Positions 11,601-19,816 of a stretch of 64,000 nt of DNA are shown here, piece after piece (position 1 is the stretch's first letter; every line of letters begins with the position of its first letter). The DNA comes from a virus (Duplodnaviria > Caudoviricetes): the IMG/VR virus record IMGVR_UViG_3300023108_000002, one strand, 5' to 3'. The position numbers were made by a program, and so were the translations under genes. The notes below the pieces were generated by a model. The model had not been told where the DNA came from, did not search any database, and saw nothing but the letters and a program-made list of their open reading frames with translations.

Positions 11601-12595
11601 ATTTCTTTGGAACATATGGAGTATTCCCATCTACATCATTGAATGGTACTCATTTGGTTACAGACACAACAACAAATAGTTTCACTATTGATTTGAGAAA
11701 TCCATTCTTCCCTGCTGGTTTGACTACTGCCCAGACAGCATATTCTGGAAGTACCTTACCAACAGTTGATGATTTATTTACACCAAAATCAAACACAAAC
11801 AAATTACCTTCTGTTAAATCTAATTTCAAGTATGACTTGATAAAACCCGTAATTGCAAATTTAGAGTTCCCAAGAACATCTATGACTTTTGCAATGAGAG
11901 GATTGAGTGGAACTTCTCAAGATTCAGCAGAAGTTCCAGGCATTAAAGATTCTGGATATGTTGGATTTATTCCAAATACAAATTATGAACTAACTTCTCC
12001 TAGAATGGTTGCAATAGATTTCAATGAAAATGAATATAACCAAGAGGCAGCTGCAATTGATAAAAAATCTCTTGTATTTAGAGTAAACATGAGAAGTGAA
12101 GTTGATAATCTGTCTCCTGTTATTGATACTCAAAGAATGAGTTCAATTCTTGTATCAAATAAAACTAACAGTCCAGAAAATGTTTCAAGGGGTGTATTGG
12201 GACATGTAAATACTGGATTTGTAGATGAAACCGAATCCACAGGTGGTTCCGCAGCAACTAAATATATGACAAGAGAAGTGACTTTGGACCAACCAGCAAC
12301 TTCATTAAGAGTTATTGCGGGAGTCAATAGAAGAGAGGGTTGTGATGTTGATTTTTATTATAGAATTAAAACATCTGAAGATCAGCTCTTCTCTAAATTG
12401 GCATATACACTAATCCCACGCAATAGTAACTATGATGTAGCGTCTATTAATGGAGAAGATTATAAAGAATTTGATTTTGACCTGAGAGGGTTGCCGGAAT
12501 TTACTTCAGTATCTATAAAAGTTGTTATGAAAACTAAAAATTCTTCAATTGTTCCTAAGATTAAGGATTTAAGAGTTATAGCATTAGCGAGTTAA
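5630..12595 (+). CDS. Giant virion structural protein, DUF4815/VrlC-like (2321 aa)
   Basis: N-terminus LNVAPYFDDY...ILFKPG..VQARE.TQLQTILQNQI; internal RFKNGFIVD.F and WYDPLAQT; FFKSQNASTWTADQMEDLKF; C-terminal VPKIKDLRVIALA. This family typically follows gp8 in marine T4-like phages. Confidence 0.85.
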   Translation: MALNLNVAPYFDDYDVNKGYLKILFKPGNSVQAREMTQLQTILQNQIANLSDHFFKEGSLVIPGQAALDLKANYVKVELGGTLSTANGFVGKIVQGKSTGIRALVVNYADAVDLNNDDVIDGSNDELTTLYVKYLDSTTSGNTTFSDGTTVNILENGTANFTINGQTVSLAEGQTSTFVEGEELVTTTDDGVNLTCTVQNNSQVLNPIGIGSLAFIEEGVYYIGGKLVRVASQSIILDKYNNKPSYRIGLEISESIVSHNDDTSLLDNSLGTTNFNSPGADRYKIQLTLTKRDYDVIDTNNFVELIAVKDGYINSYVQNTDYSVLMKTLARRTYDADGDFTIRPFKLDIREYYKENNNGGVFSMSDFEFDTEVAARQFAFDWGFSDDIGWVINGQGQAHTISSIDRLNYPEQNLDETGLKYYPANNHENLMVAIRDKLAIGVESGKAYIKGYEIERKPSSRQGKYIVFDKSRSNYQINNKYMPVNLGAFVYTSDSKGLFKIDEEVKLVNVHISNSGLTKFISVNENVDESESNYLTTITYDEDDTFYQGGGTALGTNIYGTDVIATAKVKAVEYFADSSSDAKKNNYLQSSYRPTTDVEKSKESAIYKVYLYDIEYETNPRTSQPYNMSNARSIVSSAEQTPAGIGTPIYENGANILTQLQLTDVQGGFTYKSMIYDKFNVNFRGINYYYNSIYSIMLVKPLNSGNIASGAEGTGVLPSATFNINEVIQEAIPSTDVASVNVNSWNGSQTADVGNVSARIFSKAVLHNTNGSSIIPIGHDWVQTARSIDPISGIASIDTQYSVIKRFDNVSTSPTTGNVTLTITESDAFFENIPSKYFIFSSATTTQNNGNIGFTSNFSFSTDLRTVTFNVSGDTIANGSAGLVVYAPVKKTSAKEKTKTLVKNYVELPLTLLNASGATITPVDYNNSLSFEDNDSSGTYGVDILKTNSSNATGTVNPTFAVGANLDMSLSLSTLQLQKSDIRELVKLYDTCNVNNVAYRVDVVSDTKKYIHEMTADDFAFARSAYEFYEQTGQSPFNVNLDNNIVTSLVDLANALTISEIENPFKIQMETAWAAGQLITNPTDVPVKINDITDRYDLFDGQKPSIIQLGELNLKSGSLPCGGRPIVVYNYYNHGIGDYASVDSYVDGYSTIGYYQNSRLSDVIDFRPAVSYQQLTGYPIGEGVVSDSTDYPIHNTAISADIRIYLARKDKLYIDKLGRVRVKYGSPSEDPSMPEDAADGMVIYEINTDPYTISPKALTVKMRDNKKYSMKDIGKLEKRIENLEYYTSLNLLEKDTMDLAVRDENGNDRFKNGFIVDRFVDHTVGDVFDPDYKVSISKSEGVLRPFFTEKNVNMSINAAASDGYAIKEQKLYLPYTSEYLITQEKSSKTVNVNPFAIFTFRGSVALFPSTDEWKVTNQAPDIVTDRREEYENIFGALLPEDGVLGTIWNEWEQNWTGESSDSTSSTRRVNRSNATSSVISGGRTSGGIRNETTTITTTTLTGQQTRTGTTNIVQLRDNTETVGQRILSTEIIPFMRARDVYFSADRLKPNTRLYQYFDGVDVSQYCKSSTLVTINDIPSATATWRKTNPSIVRDNMGFVFIRGGSSGTNARVFDINYLTSSSLRFHLHPDATTGFISGENIFIVYPDPEASGGERIRNAGSWPTLSSNIIAGGDLVKSDGAGFVSGTFSIPNNDDLRFKTGERVFKLSDQPNNAQDVDTEAQTTYVASGVIETVADQIVLTRMPDFQTQSAEESEAITSVEVNTVVTAGNWYDPLAQTIMINQDGGCFITAVELFFSTKDDSKPVTVQVRQTVNGYPGPKILGQSVVYPENVSISDNGVLPTEFVFPSPIYVQDETEYCIVILADTQGYRCHVARMGEQSLDGSGTISQQPYAGVFFKSQNASTWTADQMEDLKFRVSRAKFDTLANSEIYLQNTELDDMGNDLWSENFKSNSMKVAAGDTKVTFFVSDTSGMVPTSVWRSNGYNYVTLQNFFGTYGVFPSTSLNGTHLVTDTTTNSFTIDLRNPFFPAGLTTAQTAYSGSTLPTVDDLFTPKSNTNKLPSVKSNFKYDLIKPVIANLEFPRTSMTFAMRGLSGTSQDSAEVPGIKDSGYVGFIPNTNYELTSPRMVAIDFNENEYNQEAAAIDKKSLVFRVNMRSEVDNLSPVIDTQRMSSILVSNKTNSPENVSRGVLGHVNTGFVDETESTGGSAATKYMTREVTLDQPATSLRVIAGVNRREGCDVDFYYRIKTSEDQLFSKLAYTLIPRNSNYDVASINGEDYKEFDFDLRGLPEFTSVSIKVVMKTKNSSIVPKIKDLRVIALAS

Positions 12596-12597
12596 TA

Positions 12598-12804
12598 ATG
12601 AAAGAAAGACATATTGTAGAAGAAAACAAAAACTTACAGAGAGACCTGCACTCAAAAGCTATAATAAATACTGATAGTAGAGCATATCGTGATTATATGA
12701 ACAAACAACATGCTATCAAAAGAAGAGATGAAGAGATTAGAGATTTGAAATCTGAAGTTGACGAAATTAAAAAAATATTAAACCTAATATTGGAGAAAAT
12801 TTAA
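12598..12804 (+). CDS. Small coiled-coil protein of the type conserved downstream of VrlC-like genes (68 aa)
   Basis: NLQRDLHSKAIINTDS..Y..Y motif and a C-terminal heptad helix; abuts both neighbours (TAATAATG, TAAATG). Confidence 0.75.
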   Translation: MKERHIVEENKNLQRDLHSKAIINTDSRAYRDYMNKQHAIKRRDEEIRDLKSEVDEIKKILNLILEKI

Positions 12805-14217
12805 ATGGCCGTAGAATATCCAACACTAGTCAGTGTAATTCTGACAGATACATTTGAAGAATGGCGTATAAAAACAAATGCTATAATCGCGCACACTGAA
12901 GCGGCGGCTCAGAATGTCGGAAATTTAAATTTTCTAAACACTGATGGAAAAACTACAATTGTAGATGCCTTGAATGAAGTAGATACTCACACCGATACTA
13001 ATACTACAAATATTGGTAATATGAGTGATATTGATAATAAAATCAAAAAGGCAACACTTGTAGACACCCTAAATCAAGCAGTCCAATATCACGAAAAATA
13101 TACAACTGATGCAGTGGCAGCAGAGGCAGCTATTCGTCTTGCAAAGGATAATTCTCTTCAATCTGAATTAGATGCAACTCAAACAGCAGCTGGTTTGACA
13201 AATAGTGGAACCTATGTTGCTCCTACTTCTACATATTTGGGAAATTCAACATCTATTATGGGCGGTATGTTAAATTTAGATACTAATTTGAAAAGTACAG
13301 CAGATTTATTGGAAGTTTTGATTGATACGGTTGGAGCAAATGAAAAGGGAGTATATAATTACACTGGAGATACAGTTTATTACTTACAGACTCCCACGAC
13401 TGGAAATGCTAAAGTAAAAAGTGCATTGATTCAATTAGATAACCAGATACATTTAAATGCTGATAATATTTCAAATAACGTAACGGCACATAATGATTTG
13501 GCCGGAATTGTTGACAATATCAAAACTTCTATTGGTTTATTAACTGCTGATGGCTCTTATGAGGCCGACGAAAGAAATGATTACGCGGGGGGCGTTGGGG
13601 CCACATCGGTCAGGGACGATATTTCATTCTTAGACAATCAAGTTGCATCAATTTCCAATAAACTAACAGAAGATGTAGATGATATCAATGAAGCAATAAA
13701 ATTAAACATTGATAATATTTCAGCAAACGCAGTAGCACACAATACTTTGGCCGAACAAGTTGAAAGTTTGAGACAGGCACTTGGTATGATAAATACCAGT
13801 TTTAACTATACCACAATTTCTGGAACAAACTATGCCAAAGGGACTACAGTTGCAGCAGATATTAAAGCACTAGACGATACCTTACATGGGGCCATTTTGC
13901 AACTTACCGGCGAAACAGAGACTTCTATCGCTAACATTTCAGGAGATTTATCTACAAAGGCAGATAAAGTAGTTGTTGGCAATAGAGAGGACTTAAAGGG
14001 TGAGATTGGTAATACTTCTAACATTGTTGCAGCAATCAATTCTTTATATGACTTGGTGGCACCTCTCATCAATGGAGCGAGTACAACCCCATTTGTTTTA
14101 AAAACTGGAGATACAATGTCTGGTACTTTAACTATAGATGGTGGCAATTTAATTGTAACTGGAAATCAAGGCCTATATATTAAATCAAGTGGTGATGTGA
14201 TTGCATATGCTGACTAA
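12805..14217 (+). CDS. Segmented coiled-coil fibre protein (470 aa)
   Basis: N-terminal TDTFEEWR.KTN motif; four G-x-x-G-x-Y...LD knob/coiled-coil units; C-terminal fibre-tip motif KTGDTMSGTL...GDVIAY. Confidence 0.7.
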   Translation: MAVEYPTLVSVILTDTFEEWRIKTNAIIAHTEAAAQNVGNLNFLNTDGKTTIVDALNEVDTHTDTNTTNIGNMSDIDNKIKKATLVDTLNQAVQYHEKYTTDAVAAEAAIRLAKDNSLQSELDATQTAAGLTNSGTYVAPTSTYLGNSTSIMGGMLNLDTNLKSTADLLEVLIDTVGANEKGVYNYTGDTVYYLQTPTTGNAKVKSALIQLDNQIHLNADNISNNVTAHNDLAGIVDNIKTSIGLLTADGSYEADERNDYAGGVGATSVRDDISFLDNQVASISNKLTEDVDDINEAIKLNIDNISANAVAHNTLAEQVESLRQALGMINTSFNYTTISGTNYAKGTTVAADIKALDDTLHGAILQLTGETETSIANISGDLSTKADKVVVGNREDLKGEIGNTSNIVAAINSLYDLVAPLINGASTTPFVLKTGDTMSGTLTIDGGNLIVTGNQGLYIKSSGDVIAYAD

Positions 14218-14240
14218 ATCCTAATTAAAGAGTATTATAC

Positions 14241-17200
14241 ATGTCTATTACAGCTTTACCTGCCTCTGGAAGAATAACATTAGCACAAATTCAAGGCGAA
14301 TTCAATCCCTCTGATAATTCAGCACCACATGCGTTATCTGAATATTATAGAGGACATGGCAATGTTGAAGATATTATTGAGAACGAAAATATTCCAGCTG
14401 TTCAAAAGACTCAAATAAAATTTAGTGATTTCTTTGGCACCAGTGATGAGGTGGGACCATCTTCCGTCGATCTCCCTGCAATTAATGTTGAAGATTTTTG
14501 GCAAGAATGTCAGGGTGTTAATAATTGGAACGATATTCAGGATAATTGGAAACAATATGTAACTAGAATTAATGATAGACATGCGGTTGCAGTAGATGTT
14601 CGTTCTGAAAAAGCGAAAGTTGAAGTAGAATTTAATAATACAGGTTTTGGTCCTCCCATAATGATGGAGACTGGTGTTGGGGAAGATACTGGATTTGAAA
14701 AACTCCTTAGAAATACGCAAGAAAATAAAGATTACTTTGAATTTGGTGAATGGGCTCTTACTGTACCAAATAAATTTTATAGATTTAGAATAGTTGCAAC
14801 TGCTGGTGGTGGAAGTGGAAGTGTTCAAAAAACAGAATTGACAGGAGATGCTCTTCTCAATAAAGATTTGCCTGGATTAGAGGAATCTGGTTATAAGGGA
14901 GGAGATGCAGTAATAATATCAAATGGTGCCACCGTTAAAATGTTTGGTGCTCCTGGCGGAACTGACCCTGATGGAATTCCTGATGTTTCAATTATTCCAG
15001 AACAGGGACAATATACAGTTAAGAATAATGGAACAGTTACAGGAGATTATTTAAAAATATCTTCAACCACTGTTGAACATCCTTTGGTTGTAACTAAAGG
15101 AAATTATATATTGGAAGCCGGCCAAAAACACACCATCAAAATTGTTGGCGGTGGTGGAGGCGGTGGTGCTGGCTCTGATGATTGGAAAGATTTTGGTGCG
15201 GTTGGTACGGCGGGTACAGCAACAACCATAGAAATTCTCAAAGAAGATGGAAGTGTTCACGAAACATATTCTGCAGCTGGCGGCCGCCGAGGTAAAGGTG
15301 GAGACAGGCCGAAATGGGGTGGTGGAGAAACCAGCACCCATACGCGATTGATTGGTCTTAAATATGGAGAAAGAGGCCAAAGTAGTACATTCGGGGCTGG
15401 TGGCGGTGGCGGCGCCCAAGGCAGTACTGGTAGGCACGGTACTGCTGGTGGCGCTGGGGGAAGAGGAGCCGGCGGCGGCGGCGGTGGCGCAGGAGTCAAA
15501 TGGAGAACTGGATTTGGCGGTCAAGGAGGCGGGGCCGGAGAAGAAAAAACTGTTGAAATTGATTTGACAGGAAAGACTCAAAATTGGACTATGAAAGTGA
15601 CAGCCATAGGTCAAGGCGGCGCTGGAGGTCCAAGAGATGGTGGTAGCACAAAAGGTGGTGCAGGCGGCACGGGCGGAAATGGTGCTATAGAATATAATTC
15701 AGTTATGTCGAGTGATAAACCAAGATTTGTTCAATTCTATTGGAGCAATAATGTAATTGAAAGTTATTATGCTGGAAATAATTCTCGCACCACAGCACAG
15801 GAATATTCAGGCACTTCTTATAATTATATTTCAGAAGTAAATGAAATTTCAAGAGTAGGAGAAACTAGATACTATTCTCTCACAAGAATTCCAATTCCAG
15901 AAAGCGCCGATAATGATGGAGTTGCTGATGTCAATTGGAGTACATCTAGAAGCAATCTAATGGAAGTTTCTGGTGGAATTGAAACGAGTAAACCACTTGG
16001 AAAATATATGCACAGATTTCCAGATTCAGCAAAAAGATATACTCAAGACAATATTGTAAACTATACTGTAGGGGAAGATGGAAACTTTATGTTGCCTATT
16101 GGGCCTCCTACGGGAAATGCGAGATTTTCTGTTTTTGGAGACCCATCAAAATATCCAATAAACATGTATTACAGAGAATTCGATCAAAGAGCTCAACATC
16201 AAGATAAAAAAGGTGGATCTGGTAAAGGCGGAAAATCGTTTTATGGGGATGGAACTGTAGGCGCAGCAGAATATCCAAATATTTCGGGCCCCGAAGGAAC
16301 ACCAGCTTTTGGAGCCGGTGGCGGGGCCGGTCAGCACGGCGGTAGAGGGAGTGATGCGTATGGCTATACTGAAACGTATGGTGGATATGGAGCTCCAACT
16401 GCATATCTAGGAGACTTCTCATGCGAACCAGGCGATATTATTAATATCCAAGTTCCACAGGGCGGTAGAGAATCTAGAAACGAATATACAGAATATGATG
16501 AAGATACAGGTGATGGACAGAGATACGTTTCTAGAGCGGATCGCGGGGGAGATGGTTTAGTTCAGATATATGGACTACATGGTCCTTCATTTACTGAAAT
16601 GTCTCATGGCGGAATTGTTCTTATGGACGACACAGGAAGAGTTTTGAAAAATTTATATTCTAGTGGCACATCGAAACGTGGTGTAAATGAAGGCCTTCCT
16701 TCAATTCCAAACAAAATAAGTGTTGTTTTAAATGGAACAACCGATCCATCAAGTCCAAAAAGATATTATATTGGATATACAGCAAGAATTAGAAAGTCTG
16801 GTAAATTTAGAACTCCAACTAAATTTAATGCCCCAGGCGCAAAGGTCACTATCACTCCAACATTTACGGAAAATGTTACACCAACTGAGTTCCAACCAAT
16901 ATACTTGCTCCCAGACTATCAAGGACAAGAAGAGGTTTCAGTTGGAACTTTTGGCACTAGAGATGCTATTGATAATGAATTGGTTCCAAACTGGTTCATA
17001 AAGAAATGTGATGTAACTTTTACAGCCACAAGGGATGCTGGAGACAGTAATACCGCTACTTTTACTAAAGTGGAATCAACAAATGCGGATGTTGGACCAG
17101 ATACCATTACTTTTGGCCCGAATGGCGGAACCCAAACATTTACAGTGGCAGAAGATGAAGTATATGCTTTGAGGCCCAGCAATATAACTAACAATAGAGG

Positions 17201-17639
17201 CGCTGCTGGAGGAACTTACACCATAAAAACTTATGCTTATGAAGATGGAAGATTTCAGTTAGAAGACCGTTCCTCTGTTGATAGTTGGGCCAATGCCGAT
17301 CTTGGTGTTACTCCCTCTATGGGAAAATTCTATGTTGAGACTGGAGTGACATATTTTAGTTGTGGTAGAGAAACAAATTCTTCAGGAAGAACTGCCGGAA
17401 CAGTAAGGAATTATGTTGCAGCCGTGGTCATGTCCCATGATGATCCGGGCGCTTGGAAAAATGATAACAATAATGATGATCGAATCACATACACCTACAC
17501 AGACACACAAGTCATAGTCGATTTCGGCAGCGGTATGGTTCATACACACGACAGAGTTTCCACCGACCCAGATGGAGTCCAAAGCGAGAATGGCGGTTTG
17601 GATCTGTTCTCCGGCAGCAGTTGGTTGGGTGGATGGTAA
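14241..17639 (+). CDS. Glycine-rich fibre-tip adhesin-like protein (1132 aa)
   Basis: N-terminal LPASGRITLAQIQGEF...HALSEYYRG motif typical of proteins encoded right after phage fibres; several I-V-(A/G)-G-G-G-G-G-A-G glycine-rich domains, functionally reminiscent of T-even gp38. Confidence 0.65.
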   Translation: MSITALPASGRITLAQIQGEFNPSDNSAPHALSEYYRGHGNVEDIIENENIPAVQKTQIKFSDFFGTSDEVGPSSVDLPAINVEDFWQECQGVNNWNDIQDNWKQYVTRINDRHAVAVDVRSEKAKVEVEFNNTGFGPPIMMETGVGEDTGFEKLLRNTQENKDYFEFGEWALTVPNKFYRFRIVATAGGGSGSVQKTELTGDALLNKDLPGLEESGYKGGDAVIISNGATVKMFGAPGGTDPDGIPDVSIIPEQGQYTVKNNGTVTGDYLKISSTTVEHPLVVTKGNYILEAGQKHTIKIVGGGGGGGAGSDDWKDFGAVGTAGTATTIEILKEDGSVHETYSAAGGRRGKGGDRPKWGGGETSTHTRLIGLKYGERGQSSTFGAGGGGGAQGSTGRHGTAGGAGGRGAGGGGGGAGVKWRTGFGGQGGGAGEEKTVEIDLTGKTQNWTMKVTAIGQGGAGGPRDGGSTKGGAGGTGGNGAIEYNSVMSSDKPRFVQFYWSNNVIESYYAGNNSRTTAQEYSGTSYNYISEVNEISRVGETRYYSLTRIPIPESADNDGVADVNWSTSRSNLMEVSGGIETSKPLGKYMHRFPDSAKRYTQDNIVNYTVGEDGNFMLPIGPPTGNARFSVFGDPSKYPINMYYREFDQRAQHQDKKGGSGKGGKSFYGDGTVGAAEYPNISGPEGTPAFGAGGGAGQHGGRGSDAYGYTETYGGYGAPTAYLGDFSCEPGDIINIQVPQGGRESRNEYTEYDEDTGDGQRYVSRADRGGDGLVQIYGLHGPSFTEMSHGGIVLMDDTGRVLKNLYSSGTSKRGVNEGLPSIPNKISVVLNGTTDPSSPKRYYIGYTARIRKSGKFRTPTKFNAPGAKVTITPTFTENVTPTEFQPIYLLPDYQGQEEVSVGTFGTRDAIDNELVPNWFIKKCDVTFTATRDAGDSNTATFTKVESTNADVGPDTITFGPNGGTQTFTVAEDEVYALRPSNITNNRGAAGGTYTIKTYAYEDGRFQLEDRSSVDSWANADLGVTPSMGKFYVETGVTYFSCGRETNSSGRTAGTVRNYVAAVVMSHDDPGAWKNDNNNDDRITYTYTDTQVIVDFGSGMVHTHDRVSTDPDGVQSENGGLDLFSGSSWLGGW

Positions 17640-17705
17640 AGGTTGAAACTAGTAAGGATAAAATATAATGACATTCGCAATACAAATATTTGAAGGTAGA
17701 TATTA

Positions 17706-19754
17706 ATGGCACAAAGATATGTAGATCCTAGCACTTTTACAAACTACGGAGTATCTAGACAAAGAAGTTCTTTCACCACACTTCAGGGTGTTGGTGAAAT
17801 TTCTAGTGCTGGAGCGATTTCTGGCGGCGCGATGATGGTTCTTGCGACAGATTTGACTACAAGTTGGACTATGTATAATGGAGATCCTATTGCGGGAAAT
17901 GAAATTATTGATCAGGATATTGCCAGTCCAGTGACTCCAATCACAAAACAATTTTTCACACAGGTTTCTTTGAATCGTCCAACCACTTCTAATGGCGCGG
18001 GCTCTGGACCTTATGCTGGAGTTGCAAACTTTAGTCAACTCAATGCTGGAATTAATCCAGAACAACATGTTATGGTTTTTGAAACTAATGACGATATTTT
18101 ACCAAAAAGTGGTGCCGTTTCGAGAGGGATTGACCAAAATTATAGAATTAGATTTGAGTTGGATTTGCGTCCAAGACTTTATTTTGATGTGGCAGGAAAT
18201 TCTGGTGATGTTGAATTTAACCAAGAATTATATCAATTAAATATTCGTATGAGTTCTAGGGGCGATCCGCAATATGCAGTTGGTAGTACAATTGATGAAG
18301 CAACATTTGTTCCAGATTCTTATCATCCTGGCTATTCATTTACAGGAACATTAGCTTCTGGATGGGAGTTATCCACAGGAATACCAAATCCAAAATATGG
18401 TTGGTTCAAAGTAAATGTAGGAACCGCAAATCAAATATTAAATGATGGTAGTGTAGTATCTCCACAATTGAGTGGTGATGGACTTATTACATTAGAAAAC
18501 GGTTCGTCCACAAACACATCAGTTATTAGAAATCCTGGCGAGATGGTAGACTTATCTTTTGATGATGTTGTTATTGCTGCTGATGTTTCTAATAGTGGCC
18601 CATATCATGTTTACGGAACTGAAACGGACACTTCTACATATGGCCTTAGTAAAGGATATTATTATCCATTGTATCTAGACCAAGCAGCTTCGAATGCAGC
18701 GGATATTGCAGCAGGAGGCACAGGAATATCTCATACTCATACTTTTACTGAATATCCTCTTGCCACCTTCTATATGCCAGATTCTGACCAAAATCATACA
18801 ATGGCAACCGCTCCGAGCTCTTCTAGTTACACAAGATATATAAACAATAGATCGATAAGATTTAGAAATAAAAGAAAAGGTGGTGGATGGTTTAAGAGAT
18901 ATCCTAAAACCGACCCTACTCTTGAAGGAACATATCCTTTTTCATATAGATTAACAATGACTGAAAGAGGATTAATTTTATATATGTATGATGATGCGGC
19001 AAGTGATCAGGCAGATGATTATGCGTGGTTTTGCGTTCAAAGAACAGTAAGCAATGAAAGTGGATTACCAAGAACAGATGAGGGTTCAAAATTTCCAGTT
19101 CACGCAATGTACTCATGTTCAAGAGAATCTTCATATTCTAGTGATGCAGGAGTTTATTTTTCCAGTCAGGCTGCAAATTTACAAACAGCAGAAACTATGG
19201 TTAATCAAGTTTACGACGATCAAGGAAATGAATATACGCTTGAAAATATTGATAATACTAAAACATTTTATATTTTGAGTCCATTTGATAGAGAAGATTA
19301 TCTTGGAGATGAAGCAGCCGCAAAAAATATTTGGAGATTTGTTGTAAGAGAATTTGATATTCAAAAACCATCTGATGTTCATAAATTTGCAACAAGACAT
19401 CAAATTGATAGCAATGCAGTAATCAATCCACTGGAACAATTAGCAATCACAGACGAAAACAGATTTGTCATTACATTTCCAACGGGACTTACGACACAAA
19501 GATTTATGTATCCAAAAGAAGAGATAGATCTTATTTGTTTTTCCTCTGCTGAAGTTGTTGCTGAAGGAAGTAATATTCCAATGGCAACATATCTATACGA
19601 TGGAGCTAGTGAAGATAAAAGACGCTATCAGGGAATGCGTTCAACTGCTGCATTTGGAAACGGTATGAGAATTATGGTTTTGGTTAATTCACAATACATA
19701 TTTAATTCGGATGTTAACTTAGATGCCAACGACCCTGTTGGAACAGGAACTTAA
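17706..19754 (+). CDS. Unassigned virion structural protein, paralogue P1 (682 aa)
   Basis: Shares the core YP.SY.LT...G...DxA.xQ.DD.AWF.VQR.V, PVH..YS, RFVVRE.D..KP, NP.EQL.IT, QRF.Y, GNGMRI with the ORFs at 19817, 24140 and 40867. Confidence 0.75.
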   Translation: MAQRYVDPSTFTNYGVSRQRSSFTTLQGVGEISSAGAISGGAMMVLATDLTTSWTMYNGDPIAGNEIIDQDIASPVTPITKQFFTQVSLNRPTTSNGAGSGPYAGVANFSQLNAGINPEQHVMVFETNDDILPKSGAVSRGIDQNYRIRFELDLRPRLYFDVAGNSGDVEFNQELYQLNIRMSSRGDPQYAVGSTIDEATFVPDSYHPGYSFTGTLASGWELSTGIPNPKYGWFKVNVGTANQILNDGSVVSPQLSGDGLITLENGSSTNTSVIRNPGEMVDLSFDDVVIAADVSNSGPYHVYGTETDTSTYGLSKGYYYPLYLDQAASNAADIAAGGTGISHTHTFTEYPLATFYMPDSDQNHTMATAPSSSSYTRYINNRSIRFRNKRKGGGWFKRYPKTDPTLEGTYPFSYRLTMTERGLILYMYDDAASDQADDYAWFCVQRTVSNESGLPRTDEGSKFPVHAMYSCSRESSYSSDAGVYFSSQAANLQTAETMVNQVYDDQGNEYTLENIDNTKTFYILSPFDREDYLGDEAAAKNIWRFVVREFDIQKPSDVHKFATRHQIDSNAVINPLEQLAITDENRFVITFPTGLTTQRFMYPKEEIDLICFSSAEVVAEGSNIPMATYLYDGASEDKRRYQGMRSTAAFGNGMRIMVLVNSQYIFNSDVNLDANDPVGTGT

Positions 19755-19780
19755 TAAAGATATAAGGACTATTTTTTTTT

Positions 19781-19788
19781 TATAAATA
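19781..19788 (+). promoter_or_regulatory. T4-type late promoter TATAAATA upstream of P2
   Basis: Exact motif after a T-run, followed by AAGGAG RBS and ATG at 19817. Confidence 0.85.
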
Positions 19789-19816
19789 TAAAGAAAAATA
19801 CACAAAGGAGAATTTA

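Noticed and set aside
14218-14260. Readthrough or frameshift extending the 470-aa fibre into an S74 chaperone
   Set aside because: The downstream frames show no SDxRLK-like sequence and no slippery site.
15140-15680. GC-rich island in the adhesin gene as horizontal transfer
   Set aside because: Explained by poly-Gly/Ala coding (GGN/GCN codons), unlike the 3' tip where the amino-acid composition is ordinary.
17668-17706. 12-codon ORF MTFAIQIFEGRY ending in a TAATG overlap with P1
   Set aside because: No RBS of its own, its ATG is part of the degenerate promoter motif, and P1 has its own GAAGGT RBS; likely chance.
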